Shown piece by piece: positions 1 through 10,622 of a DNA stretch of 64,000 nt (position 1 is its first letter; each line of letters opens with the position of its first letter). The DNA is from a bacterium (lineage in GTDB: Bacteria > SAR324 > NAC60-12). A program made the translations under genes and the position numbers. The DNA lies in contig OZ242383.1 in NCBI GenBank assembly GCA_965209155.1, positions 128,001-192,000 on the forward strand. Reading direction: 5' to 3'. The notes beneath the pieces were generated by a model, which saw only the letters and a program-made list of their open reading frames with translations, was not told the origin of the DNA and did no database searches.

Positions 1-378
1 ATCACGGTAGCCTCCATGTTCGTGGTGACTCAAGGGATTTGGCGTTTTCATGCGCCCGTTTATCTCCGCTATACGCAGCAGCCGTTGATAGAAATGGTCC
101 AGAGCGCGTATGCGCAGCAAGGGAAAGTGGTGTTATATCGCTATGTTTCCTTTGCGGCCCTGTTTTATGGGAAACAGCCCATCGAAATGCTGCATACCTA
201 CAAATTTCCCGGCAATCCTGAAATTTTAGACAACCCGCAAGAGGGCGCGTTGTTCGTGATTACGGAGCGGAAAAATAAGAAAAAACTCAAAAAAGAGCAT
301 CCCCTTGTCGAATTCGTCAGAGACTCCGGCACGTTTTCCTTGTTTATATTGCCACGATCGAAGGAGAAATCTTCTTGA
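1..378 (+). CDS. 3' part of an unidentified protein, truncated by the window edge
   Basis: Open frame from the window start to TGA at 376-378; no diagnostic motif recognised. Confidence 0.5.
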   Translation: MTVASMFVVTQGIWRFHAPVYLRYTQQPLIEMVQSAYAQQGKVVLYRYVSFAALFYGKQPIEMLHTYKFPGNPEILDNPQEGALFVITERKNKKKLKKEHPLVEFVRDSGTFSLFILPRSKEKSS

Positions 379-523
379 AAGTTTGTATTTAATACCGGTA
401 CCTGATAAAAAAGAATCTATTCAAATTCAACTTCAAGGGGTAGGGAAAAGGGTTATCATGTGATAACATGAGCCCGGCTTACGGAAAATAATTTAAAATG
501 CATTCAAATGAGAGGAGAAATTT

Positions 524-1810
524 ATGAAAAAATGGCTTCGTGTTATTCAAATCGTTCAAATGTTATTGTTTTTTCCAATGCTCGCATTTGCCGAGGAAGG
601 ATCCATTGATACCGGGGATACGGCCTGGATGATGGTGGCCTGCGCCCTGGTAATGATCATGACGCCGGGATTGGCATTATTCTACGGCGGGATGGTTCGC
701 TCCAAGAATGTGCTGTCGTCTCTGATGCACAGTTTCTTCGCAATGGGACTGATGTCCATCCAATGGGTGGTGCTGGGATATTCCCTTGCTTTCGGAGAGG
801 ATGTGGGAGGTGTGGTTGGCGGGCTCAATCACTTGTTTCTCAGGGGTGTGGGAACCGAAGCGAGTGGATCGATCCCACACGTGGTTTTCATGATGTTCCA
901 GGGCATGTTCGCCATCATCACGCCCGCCCTGATTTCCGGCGCCATTGCGGAACGCATGAAGTTTTCCACGTACTGCGTGTTCATTTTGCTTTGGGGAACC
1001 CTGGTCTACGATCCCATTGCTCACTGGGTATGGGGATCGGGAGGTTGGTTGCTCGAAATGGGCGCTCTGGATTTCGCAGGGGGAACGGTGGTGCACATGT
1101 CTTCGGGTTTCTCGGCATTGGTACTGGCCATTATGATTGGCAGACGCGTGGATTATGGTAAGACGCCGATCTATCCGAACAACCTGGTTTTCACCGTCCT
1201 GGGCGCCGCTTTGTTGTGGTTTGGCTGGTACGGGTTCAATGCCGGAAGCGCGTTGAGTTCCGGTACCTCGGCAGCAAACGCGTTCGTCACCACCCACATT
1301 GCCGCTGCCGCCGCTATGGTCTCCTGGGTTTTCGCAGAGTGGTGGTTCCGACGACAGCCGAGTATTTTGGGCGCTGCCTCCGGCGTGGTTGCCGGCTTGG
1401 TTACCATCACCCCGGCAGCCGGATTCGTCTCTCCCATGGGAGCCTTGTTGATGGGGCTGATTGGCGGCCTGGTGTGTTACGGCGCCGTTTTGATGAAGAG
1501 AAAATACACTTACGATGATTCTCTCGATGCTTTCGGAATCCATGGAATCGGAGGACTGTTGGGCGCCCTGTTGACCGGGGTGTTCGCTGCAGAAGCCATT
1601 GGTGGAACACCCGGTTTGTTTGAAGGCAACCTTGCCGTGATGGGACCGCAGATCGTTGGAGTTCTGGCAACCATGATCTATGCGTCCGTGGTGACCTTCA
1701 TTATAGTGAAAATCCTGGATGTAACCATGGGATTGCGAGTCGAAGAGGATGAAGAACGTGAAGGACTCGATATCAACTCCCATGGCGAACATGCCTACCA
1801 GTTGAACTAA
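524..1810 (+). CDS. amtB: Ammonium transporter
   Basis: MTPGLALFYGG, DFAGGTVVH, WFGWYGFNAGS, DDSLDAFGIHG motifs; GAGGAG RBS. Confidence 0.97.
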   Translation: MKKWLRVIQIVQMLLFFPMLAFAEEGSIDTGDTAWMMVACALVMIMTPGLALFYGGMVRSKNVLSSLMHSFFAMGLMSIQWVVLGYSLAFGEDVGGVVGGLNHLFLRGVGTEASGSIPHVVFMMFQGMFAIITPALISGAIAERMKFSTYCVFILLWGTLVYDPIAHWVWGSGGWLLEMGALDFAGGTVVHMSSGFSALVLAIMIGRRVDYGKTPIYPNNLVFTVLGAALLWFGWYGFNAGSALSSGTSAANAFVTTHIAAAAAMVSWVFAEWWFRRQPSILGAASGVVAGLVTITPAAGFVSPMGALLMGLIGGLVCYGAVLMKRKYTYDDSLDAFGIHGIGGLLGALLTGVFAAEAIGGTPGLFEGNLAVMGPQIVGVLATMIYASVVTFIIVKILDVTMGLRVEEDEEREGLDINSHGEHAYQLN

Positions 1811-2000
1811 GGATTATCCACCGGACGGATACGACTCTCAGGCAACAGGGGACATGGCCGCAATCCAAGTCCCCTGTTCCGCGGGTATTGACCCTGGAAT
1901 TGTTTCAAATTCCCGGAGACGAAAAACGATCACGATCTCATTCGATGATTGATTGAGGGGTAGCGGAGTTTTTTCTTCGTTACTGCTTAATTGATTGAAA

Positions 2001-3272
<1,272 letters not shown>

Positions 3273-3294
3273 TCACTAAAAATCGTTGATAACT

Positions 3295-3374
3295 AAGGCG
3301 CAAAGAAAGGCACAGAGGCACAGAGGCACAAAGAAAGGCACAAAGGCACAAAGGCACAAAGGCACAAAGGCGCA
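3295..3374. repeat. Tandem octamer array (A/G)AGGC(A/G)CA x9 with two AAGA inserts
   Basis: Read directly in the crcB-eno spacer. Confidence 0.9.
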
Positions 3375-3378
3375 AACA

Positions 3379-3777
3379 TCAGAATGATTTGACAAGCAGT
3401 AATCCAAGTATACACAAAATCAGACAGGTAGTGACATTACTCAATATGTTCATCCCCATTTTCCAGTAATCCCCACTTTGCATCAATAGGATCGTTTCGT
3501 AGCTGAAGGTTGAAAAAGTAGTGAATGCGCCCAAAAATCCCACCGTCAATCCCAACCTCAGTTCTTCGCTGACGGCCAGGTGCTCCCGCAAGTAACCTGC
3601 AAGCGCACCCAAAACCAACGATCCGAGGGCATTGACGATCAAGGTCCCATAGGGAAAATCGGTCCCCAGCCGAAGATGGACCTGGGTGGAAAGCAAATAC
3701 CGGGAAATACTGCCCACAAATCCCCCTGCTCCTATTGAAAGTAAAGTCATCATCGATAAAATCTCTAGTGGGTTCAC
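3379..3777 (-). CDS. crcB: Fluoride channel FluC/CrcB
   Basis: GGFVGSISRY, FPYGTLIVN, GFLGAFTTFSTF; the start could be slightly downstream. Confidence 0.95.
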   Translation of the reverse strand: MNPLEILSMMTLLSIGAGGFVGSISRYLLSTQVHLRLGTDFPYGTLIVNALGSLVLGALAGYLREHLAVSEELRLGLTVGFLGAFTTFSTFSYETILLMQSGDYWKMGMNILSNVTTCLILCILGLLLVKSF

Positions 3778-3836
3778 CGGTCTTTTAATCCCGAAACCCC
3801 AATGGGAAATCTATAGCTTGTTTAACTTGTTCTAAT

Positions 3837-4213
3837 TAATCTCATTAAACCACCAGCTCTGCTGGTGCGAACCTAATAGGCTTTGCCGGTCAGACATGAG
3901 AAAGGTATCCGTGTCCGTTAGCCGTGCTCGTGCTCGTGAACGGTCAGTGAATTCGACGGCACATTTTGGTTAACATTGAAACAATGCGATGAAGTAACTG
4001 TTTCCCTTCGTCAAATAAAGGAGGATGGATGATCTTCAACACGTTTAAAACATCGAGAATAGCAGCGCATTCCATAAAAATTCGATGGAAGATTGGTATA
4101 CATCGAGTTTTTCATGATCTAACATGGCAGCCTTTTTCGTTCACGAGCACGAGCACGTTTTGCCCTCATACTGGGGGCCTCTTCAAGCCACCGGCTCTTC
4201 CGGTGGTGATGAC
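3837..4213 (-). mobile_element. Copy A of the IS200/IS605-ended four-helix-bundle element, internally deleted (377 bp)
   Basis: Both ends intact; 166-bp deletion in the ORF and a 19-bp deletion between CACGT direct repeats; TAAT at 3833-3836. Strand given is that of the cargo gene. Confidence 0.9.
3944..4125 (-). pseudogene. Deleted four-helix-bundle gene
   Basis: Start and end match the intact copies; the central 166 bp are missing. Confidence 0.9.
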
Positions 4214-4371
4214 TTTGAAATGATACCAGAAGTATAGGCTAAAATAATCCACAAGGAGGGATTTATCAAGAGAGGAAGAAAACGAACTCACTGGAGAGTG
4301 TTGAACATTTCTCTGAATTCCATTATTCTCCATTTAAATTTCCCTGTCACAGCAGATAAAGAGAAACGCAA

Positions 4372-4749
4372 ATGGATAAAGACGAATCAGTGAATGTATT
4401 TGGCGAGTCATTGGAGACTTGCAGTGAAAAGCCCATGACGGGATTCTTCCGGGATGGTTGTTGCAACACCAGCAAGCAAGATTTGGGATCGCACACGGTT
4501 TGTACGCAAGTGACCGAGGAATTTCTTGAATTCTCTCGTTTTCGCGGAAACGATCTTTCCACTCCACATCCCGAGTTGGGTTTCCCGGGATTGCGCGCAG
4601 GGGATCAATGGTGTTTATGCGCGGCTCGTTGGTTGGAGGCGTACCAACATGGGATGGCGCCTAAAATTTACCTGACGCGGACCCACAAAAGGGCCCTGGA
4701 TATCATTCCGCTGGAATTACTTCAAGAATTCGCAGTGGATTTGAATTGA
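4372..4749 (+). CDS. DUF2237-like protein
   Basis: PMTGFFRDGCC, GSHTVC, GNDLSTP, WCLCAARW. Confidence 0.85.
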   Translation: MDKDESVNVFGESLETCSEKPMTGFFRDGCCNTSKQDLGSHTVCTQVTEEFLEFSRFRGNDLSTPHPELGFPGLRAGDQWCLCAARWLEAYQHGMAPKIYLTRTHKRALDIIPLELLQEFAVDLN

Positions 4750-4865
4750 TTCCGCCCGACCTTCATTGCCATCAAGGGCTGGAGCATTCCAGAACTTCAA
4801 CTCAAAATTTGTTCGAAACTGAGGACCTGCTTGCGTAGAGCCAGTACGATTGCCTCCAAAGCAAT

Positions 4866-5744
4866 TCAACCTCCCAGGAACAATTCAGCAACTTTGGGGT
4901 TTGCCAGCAATTCATCCCCCTTGTCTGCGATTGCCAGTTCACCCGAAACCAGCACATATCCCAAATCCGCGAATTCCAGACCTTTTTTTGCATTCTGTTC
5001 CACCATGATGATGGTTTTACCTTCCTGGTGCTGAAGGTCAGCGAGGATTCCAAATACCATATCGATGAATCTTGGTTCCAATCCGATGGAAGGTTCATCC
5101 ACCAGCAGCAACCGAGGTTCCATAACCAGTGCCCGGGAGATTTCAAGCAGACGGCGTTCGCCGCCTGAAAGCACCCTTGCCTGGTGTTTTCGCCGGACCG
5201 CCAGTCTGGGATATTTGTCAAAAATCATTGTTGCTGCTTTTTTAGCTTGATCCGGGCTGGCTTTGAGATAGCCCCCCATCCATAGATTTTCCTCAACAGT
5301 CATTTCCGGGAAAATGGATTTGTCTTGCAGGATATAAGCAATTCCGGCATCCGAAAGTTTCTGATTAGGCGTAAGGGAGGTGATGTCCTTCCTGTCCTTT
5401 CCACTGCCGATGGTGATTTTTCCGGAGAAGATGTTCGTGAATCCAAATATTGAATGAAGAATCGTTGATTTGCCCGCGCCATTTGGACCAATCAGGCACA
5501 ATGACTGCGCTTGTCCGACCCGCAGGTTGAGATTGTGGAGAATTTTCATTTTGCCGTATCCGGCGTTGAGATTTTCTATGGACACGAACGGTTCAAGGCC
5601 CGCGAGTTCCTCCAGTTGATCAATGGAAATCACTTTAGCGACGCTGGCGGCCTGGCGAGCCACTTCATCGACGGAAAGGACCGTATCTATGCCGCCTCCC
5701 CCATAACCTTGGACGTCTCCTGGTTTGTCCGGATTATTCATCAT
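4866..5744 (-). CDS. Branched-chain amino acid-type ABC ATPase (LivF-like)
   Basis: GPNGAGKST, LSGGE, DEPSIGL, VEQN. Confidence 0.9.
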   Translation of the reverse strand: MMNNPDKPGDVQGYGGGGIDTVLSVDEVARQAASVAKVISIDQLEELAGLEPFVSIENLNAGYGKMKILHNLNLRVGQAQSLCLIGPNGAGKSTILHSIFGFTNIFSGKITIGSGKDRKDITSLTPNQKLSDAGIAYILQDKSIFPEMTVEENLWMGGYLKASPDQAKKAATMIFDKYPRLAVRRKHQARVLSGGERRLLEISRALVMEPRLLLVDEPSIGLEPRFIDMVFGILADLQHQEGKTIIMVEQNAKKGLEFADLGYVLVSGELAIADKGDELLANPKVAELFLGG

Positions 5745-5765
5745 TCATTCGGTTCTGTTACGTTT

Positions 5766-6509
5766 TCAGGGTGCTCCGAGATAGGCATCGATCACTTGTT
5801 GATTTCTCTGAATCTCTGCTGGCGTACCTTCAGCCAGCAGTTTTCCATGGGCCAGGCAATAGATCCTGTCCGCGAGATTCATGATGACCCTCATGTTGTG
5901 TTCGATGACAAACAACGTGATCCCAAATTCACTATTGGCGCGTTTCAGCCGTTCAATCAAACCGTTGATCTGGGTCGGATTGATACCTGCTGTCGGTTCA
6001 TCGAGCAGCAGGACGTTGGGTTCGTTCATTAATGCCATTGCGAATTCGAGAAGTTTCTGCTGTCCAAACGAGAGTGACCCGGCGGTCAGATAGCGTTTTT
6101 CATACAGTCCAACGAATTCAAGTAACCTGTCTGCCTTTTCGTAATCCACGCGGCTGTTGCGGATGAAGGATTCCAGGAATTTCATCTTGCGGTGCGGGAG
6201 TGATATCAAGACGTTCTCTAAGCAGTTCATGGCGCTGAAAATCCGGGTTTGCTGATACGTTCGAATCAAACCGAGTCGGGCGATTTCCTGTACCGATTTG
6301 TGGGAAATCTCCTGGTTATTGTATTTGATGGAACCGGAGTCGATCGGGTGGTATCCGACAATGGAATGGAATAAGGTCGTCTTTCCGGACCCATTCGGAC
6401 CAATGAGACCCGTGATACCGCCGTGTTCGACATTCATGGTTATCGCATTGTTCGCAATCACGCCGCCATACGATTTCGTGACTTTGCTGACTTCAAGGAT
6501 ACCTGTCAT
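5766..6509 (-). CDS. Branched-chain amino acid-type ABC ATPase (LivG-like)
   Basis: GPNGSGKTT, LSFGQQK, DEPTAG, IEH; ATG at 6509 overlaps the upstream stop (ATGA). Confidence 0.9.
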   Translation of the reverse strand: MTGILEVSKVTKSYGGVIANNAITMNVEHGGITGLIGPNGSGKTTLFHSIVGYHPIDSGSIKYNNQEISHKSVQEIARLGLIRTYQQTRIFSAMNCLENVLISLPHRKMKFLESFIRNSRVDYEKADRLLEFVGLYEKRYLTAGSLSFGQQKLLEFAMALMNEPNVLLLDEPTAGINPTQINGLIERLKRANSEFGITLFVIEHNMRVIMNLADRIYCLAHGKLLAEGTPAEIQRNQQVIDAYLGAP

Positions 6510-7546
6510 GAAGCGGATTTCTCCCGACTTTTCGTTTCTATCCGGATTCCAAACCATTCTGGTCGCGCATGCTTCAACCATCCCATGATTCCATCTTGGA
6601 GATAAACTACGGTTCCAACGATCAAGGCACCGAGCGCGACCCACTGCCAACCCAGAAAATAGTTCCAGGTGATCTCTTTGAAGACGTGAAATACGATTGC
6701 TCCGATCACCGGTCCCCAAAGCGTGCCCTTGCCGCCAAGCAGTACGCAGACAACCATAAAGATTCCCAGGTTGATGGTCTGGTAGGCTGTTTCCAAAGGT
6801 TCAAAATGGATCAACTGGAATGCGGAAATACCCCCAGCCACCCCGATGAAAAATGCCGACAAAGACCAAGTGGTCAACTTGTATCGCATGGTATGAATGC
6901 CAATGGCTTCGGCCTTTTCTTCGTCATCGCGAATGGCATTGATTGCAGCGCCGAAGCGCGTACCGTAGAGCCACCCGAGGAAGAGAAATAGCAGCACGCC
7001 GCTTGATGCGAAAAGGTAATAGAAAAATACCTTGCCCCATTCAAGGTCGTATGGAAACACGGGCAGGGAGATGCCCTGACCACCACCGACCCAATCCCAA
7101 TTGGAAACCAGTTCTCCGGCAGCGATTGCGATTCCCAACGTACCGATAGCGAAATAGGGACCCCTGAATCCAAAAGTAATGCAGCCGATAATCAGCGCTG
7201 CAACAGCACAGAAGACTCCGGCTCCCAAAATGCCTGAAAATACCCCCAGAAAATACTGAAAATCGGTAAATTCATAGATCGTGTCGTTGAATGCATTGGT
7301 GTAATCCCCAATATCGAAGGCAGTGGCAATGGTGATCAAAGCCGCTACATACATACCGGTTCCGTAGAAAAAGATGTTCCCGAGTGAATTGTAACCCATC
7401 TGGCCGCCTGTCATGTCCCATGTCAGGGCTACGATGATCATCAACCACAAAGTCGCCAGCTGGGTCTTGAAAGCGGGAAATACGAAAGGCGCTGCAAGAA
7501 TCATAAATATCAGGATTCCGTAAAAAGCCGGTCCTCTCCAATTCAT
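6506..7546 (-). CDS. ABC permease (LivM-like)
   Basis: RGPYFAIGTL, AIRDDEEKA, GGKGTLWGP. Confidence 0.9.
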   Translation of the reverse strand: MNWRGPAFYGILIFMILAAPFVFPAFKTQLATLWLMIIVALTWDMTGGQMGYNSLGNIFFYGTGMYVAALITIATAFDIGDYTNAFNDTIYEFTDFQYFLGVFSGILGAGVFCAVAALIIGCITFGFRGPYFAIGTLGIAIAAGELVSNWDWVGGGQGISLPVFPYDLEWGKVFFYYLFASSGVLLFLFLGWLYGTRFGAAINAIRDDEEKAEAIGIHTMRYKLTTWSLSAFFIGVAGGISAFQLIHFEPLETAYQTINLGIFMVVCVLLGGKGTLWGPVIGAIVFHVFKEITWNYFLGWQWVALGALIVGTVVYLQDGIMGWLKHARPEWFGIRIETKSREKSAS

Positions 7547-7555
7547 GGTTGACCT

Positions 7556-8467
7556 TTACTGCAAACTTTTTCGATGGCGTTTTCGCTGTACCAGGCGGAT
7601 CAACAAAACCAGTAGCAGCAACAGCACGGCGATGGCCTGCTGGTAACCGATACCAAATACATGCGCGCCATACAATTCAAGCGCACCGATGCCGAGTCCG
7701 GCAGCAATAACGCCCGGAAAATTTCCCAGACCCGCGGCCGTTACGATCACAAAAGATCGGATTGAATGAGTGATGCCATAGAATGGCTGAATGACCCAAA
7801 CCATGACGATGATGGCACCGGCCGCACCGCAAATTGCGCAATTCAGCGAAAACGTAAAGGAATACACCTTTTCGGTATCGATACCGAGTACGCGGGCGGC
7901 TCGCGGATCCTGCGCCGTAGCGCGGACAGCCTGCCCCATCCGACTGTATTTCATAAAAACGATGACTCCGGTTGCCAGTACGGCTGCTATCAGCACTCCA
8001 AGCATTTTGGCTACCGGGACGTCAATAAAACCGTCTGCGAAATACAGAGTGTCATAACCGAGTGAGATGCTTTGCGTGTCAGAGCCAAAAAGCAAGTTCA
8101 GGACCTGCGCAATCATGATGGCGATGCCAAATGTCGCCAGCAGCGAGGTAAACAGGTCCCGTTCTATGACCCGGCAAATGACGAGTTTGTAGATGAACCA
8201 CCCGATTCCCCAGAGTACCAGGAAAGCAAAGGGAACGCCCAATAACGGATTCAGTCCTTGATTGGCCAGCCACCATGCCGCATAGCCACCTGCGATCACA
8301 AAATCACCTTGTGCCAGGTTTTTGATGTTCATGACACCCCAGACCAGGGCCAGGCCATAAGCAGCCAGCGCAAAAAGGGCGCCGATCATCACGCCGTCAA
8401 TGATGATTTTCAGATTGACGATGGGGAACTGAATCAGCAAAGAGATGTTGGTCAGTATTTGCTCCAT
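7556..8467 (-). CDS. ABC permease (LivH-like)
   Basis: GLALVWGVMNIKNLAQG, GQAVRATAQD. Confidence 0.9.
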   Translation of the reverse strand: MEQILTNISLLIQFPIVNLKIIIDGVMIGALFALAAYGLALVWGVMNIKNLAQGDFVIAGGYAAWWLANQGLNPLLGVPFAFLVLWGIGWFIYKLVICRVIERDLFTSLLATFGIAIMIAQVLNLLFGSDTQSISLGYDTLYFADGFIDVPVAKMLGVLIAAVLATGVIVFMKYSRMGQAVRATAQDPRAARVLGIDTEKVYSFTFSLNCAICGAAGAIIVMVWVIQPFYGITHSIRSFVIVTAAGLGNFPGVIAAGLGIGALELYGAHVFGIGYQQAIAVLLLLLVLLIRLVQRKRHRKSLQ

Positions 8468-8480
8468 AAACGTGGAATGG

Positions 8481-9710
8481 TCAGTTGCGCGGCCAGTTGA
8501 GTTTGTGAGATGCGAACTCGGATGGAGCGACTACGTTGTATTTTCCGTTTTGAATCTGCCGCAGGACCATTGGCTTGGCGATATTGTTGCCAACTTCGGA
8601 AAACTTGATATGTCCATAGAAAGTTGCCAGGTCCGTCTCAGCGATCGCATCACGTACTCGCTGCTTGTCCAGTGTTCCCGCTCGTTCGAAAGCATCTTTG
8701 AAAACGTAAACGGCAGCCGATGCCTGCGCCACCTGGTATGGGACGGTTTTATCGGCGTACTCGGGGAATGCGGCCTTGAACTCTCGTTCGTAATTTCCCG
8801 CCGTACCAAAGATCGGATCGCTGTATGTCAATGTTTCCGCCCATTGCGTCGAACACAGGATGTCATTGGCAGCCCTTCCGAAATTGCCGACCACATCGGC
8901 AGACTCGCAATGAGTGATGGCGATCATGGGAACTTTGACCTTCTGTTCATGAATTTGACGAACAGCCGTTGCCGCTCCTTTGGAGTGCCCGCTGACAACC
9001 AGCAAATCCGGTTTGAGAAGTTTGACTTTCGTCAGAATGGCGCTCATGTCGGAAAGATCACGTGGCAGCTTTTCATCAATGACGATCTTCATATCGAAGC
9101 GGGCGGCATCTTGCAGAACACCCGCGCGGACGTCCAGTGAGAAGGGGTCGTTTTCCACGGCCACCGCCACTTTGACATCGGAGGGACTGACGCCGATTTC
9201 CCTGGCCTTTTCAGCAGAAAGCGTAATGGCGGAAGCCAGGTATTGTTCAGAAGTCGAGAGCACGGCAAACAGATATTTGTATCCCTTGTTGAAGAGTGAA
9301 CGACTGGCGCCTTCTGCTTCCACCATCGGAATCTGATATTTTTCAGTTACCGGTGCGATGGCTTTCGTCAGACCAGATGAATACGGTCCGAGCATGTACC
9401 GTACCTGATCCTGGTTGATCAATCGTTCAGCAAGCGTCGCGCCCCGGTCACCTTTGGATTCGTCATCATAGTAGATTAAATGGAAGTCGTAACACTTGTC
9501 ACCAATGCGGACGCCGCCGGATTCCTTGATTTTCCGGATTGCGAATTCATAACCATTCCTGGCATGAACGCCATTCGTGGCATATTTTCCAGTCAAAGAT
9601 ATCGCAGAGCCGAGTACGAGTTTTTCACATTCATCCGCGAGTGCGGAATTTAAAAAAATCAGTACGCTGGCACCAGTAATCAGACCCTGTATTATTTTTG
9701 AACATTTCAT
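8481..9710 (-). CDS. ABC substrate-binding protein (LivK/LivJ-like)
   Basis: Signal peptide, SLTG, YYDDES, GPYSSG; first gene of the operon. Confidence 0.9.
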   Translation of the reverse strand: MKCSKIIQGLITGASVLIFLNSALADECEKLVLGSAISLTGKYATNGVHARNGYEFAIRKIKESGGVRIGDKCYDFHLIYYDDESKGDRGATLAERLINQDQVRYMLGPYSSGLTKAIAPVTEKYQIPMVEAEGASRSLFNKGYKYLFAVLSTSEQYLASAITLSAEKAREIGVSPSDVKVAVAVENDPFSLDVRAGVLQDAARFDMKIVIDEKLPRDLSDMSAILTKVKLLKPDLLVVSGHSKGAATAVRQIHEQKVKVPMIAITHCESADVVGNFGRAANDILCSTQWAETLTYSDPIFGTAGNYEREFKAAFPEYADKTVPYQVAQASAAVYVFKDAFERAGTLDKQRVRDAIAETDLATFYGHIKFSEVGNNIAKPMVLRQIQNGKYNVVAPSEFASHKLNWPRN

Positions 9711-9885
9711 CTTTTTCTCTCACTCCCCATGATAGGTTGATATGAACGATTGATCCGACATTGGTTTTCATAGTAGCACTAATTTTCCGTTTATTTTTTC
9801 CCTGAATTTTTATATTTTCATACCATCAACCTCATCCTCTGGGGTTGCGTTGGATATGGTGGAAATTTTTTGCGTGACTCATTGA

Positions 9886-10447
9886 ATTATCACCACCGGC
9901 AGAGCCGGTGGCTTGAAGAGGCCCCCAGTATGAGGGCAAAACGTGTTCGTCATCGTAAGACGTGCTCGTGCTCGTGAACGAAAAAGGCTGCCATGTTAGA
10001 TCATGAAAAACTCGATGTATACCAATGTTCCATCGAATTTTTAGCGTTATCTGTCCAAGTCATCGAAACATTGCCAAAAGGATACTCAGCCTTAGTTGAC
10101 CAACTGAAAAGGGCCTCATGGTCGATTCCTCTCAATATCGCAGAAGGCTGTGGAAAAAATTCCTTTGCTGACAAGCAACGATTCTATGCATTTGCCCGAG
10201 GTTCCGCAATGGAATGCGCTGCTATTCTCGATGTTTTAAACGTGTTGAAGATCATCCAGCCTCCTTTATTTGACGAAGGGAAACAGTTACTTCATCGCAT
10301 TGTTTCTATGTTAACCAAAATGTGCCGTCGAATTCACTGACCGTTCACGAGCACGAGCACGGCTCACGGACACGGATACGTTTCTCATGTCTGACCGGCA
10401 AAGCCTATTAGGTTCGCACCAGCAGAGCTGGTGGTTTAATGAGATTA
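9886..10447 (+). mobile_element. Copy B of the 562-bp element (variant terminus)
   Basis: Hairpins CCACCGGCAGAGCCGGTGG and CACCAGCAGAGCTGGTG; followed by ATTA; starts ATTATCACC instead of GTCATCACC. Confidence 0.92.
9993..10340 (+). CDS. Four helix bundle protein (23S rRNA IVP family)
   Basis: HEKLDVYQ...DQLKRASWSIPLNIAEG...RFYAFARGSAMEC signature. Confidence 0.9.
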   Translation: MLDHEKLDVYQCSIEFLALSVQVIETLPKGYSALVDQLKRASWSIPLNIAEGCGKNSFADKQRFYAFARGSAMECAAILDVLNVLKIIQPPLFDEGKQLLHRIVSMLTKMCRRIH

Positions 10448-10622
10448 ATTATCATACTTTTTCCAAAAGGTTGAGAGCAATTTTTCAGGAGATAATCAGG
10501 CCGGGCAGTGGAGTATCGTAAATCAACCAGCCTTCCCATGGGAACCTTGCTCACAATAAGGCGACTTACATGAAGAGGAAGCGTTCTCTACGTTTTCAAA
10601 AAAATTTTTTCTTCACCAATTC

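Noticed and set aside
677..1792. Long antisense ORFs (here and opposite gatB, mreB, gdhA, polB)
   Set aside because: Shadows of well-supported genes, with no motifs
9886..10447. 23S rRNA intervening sequence
   Set aside because: No rRNA sequence flanks any copy; all copies are intergenic
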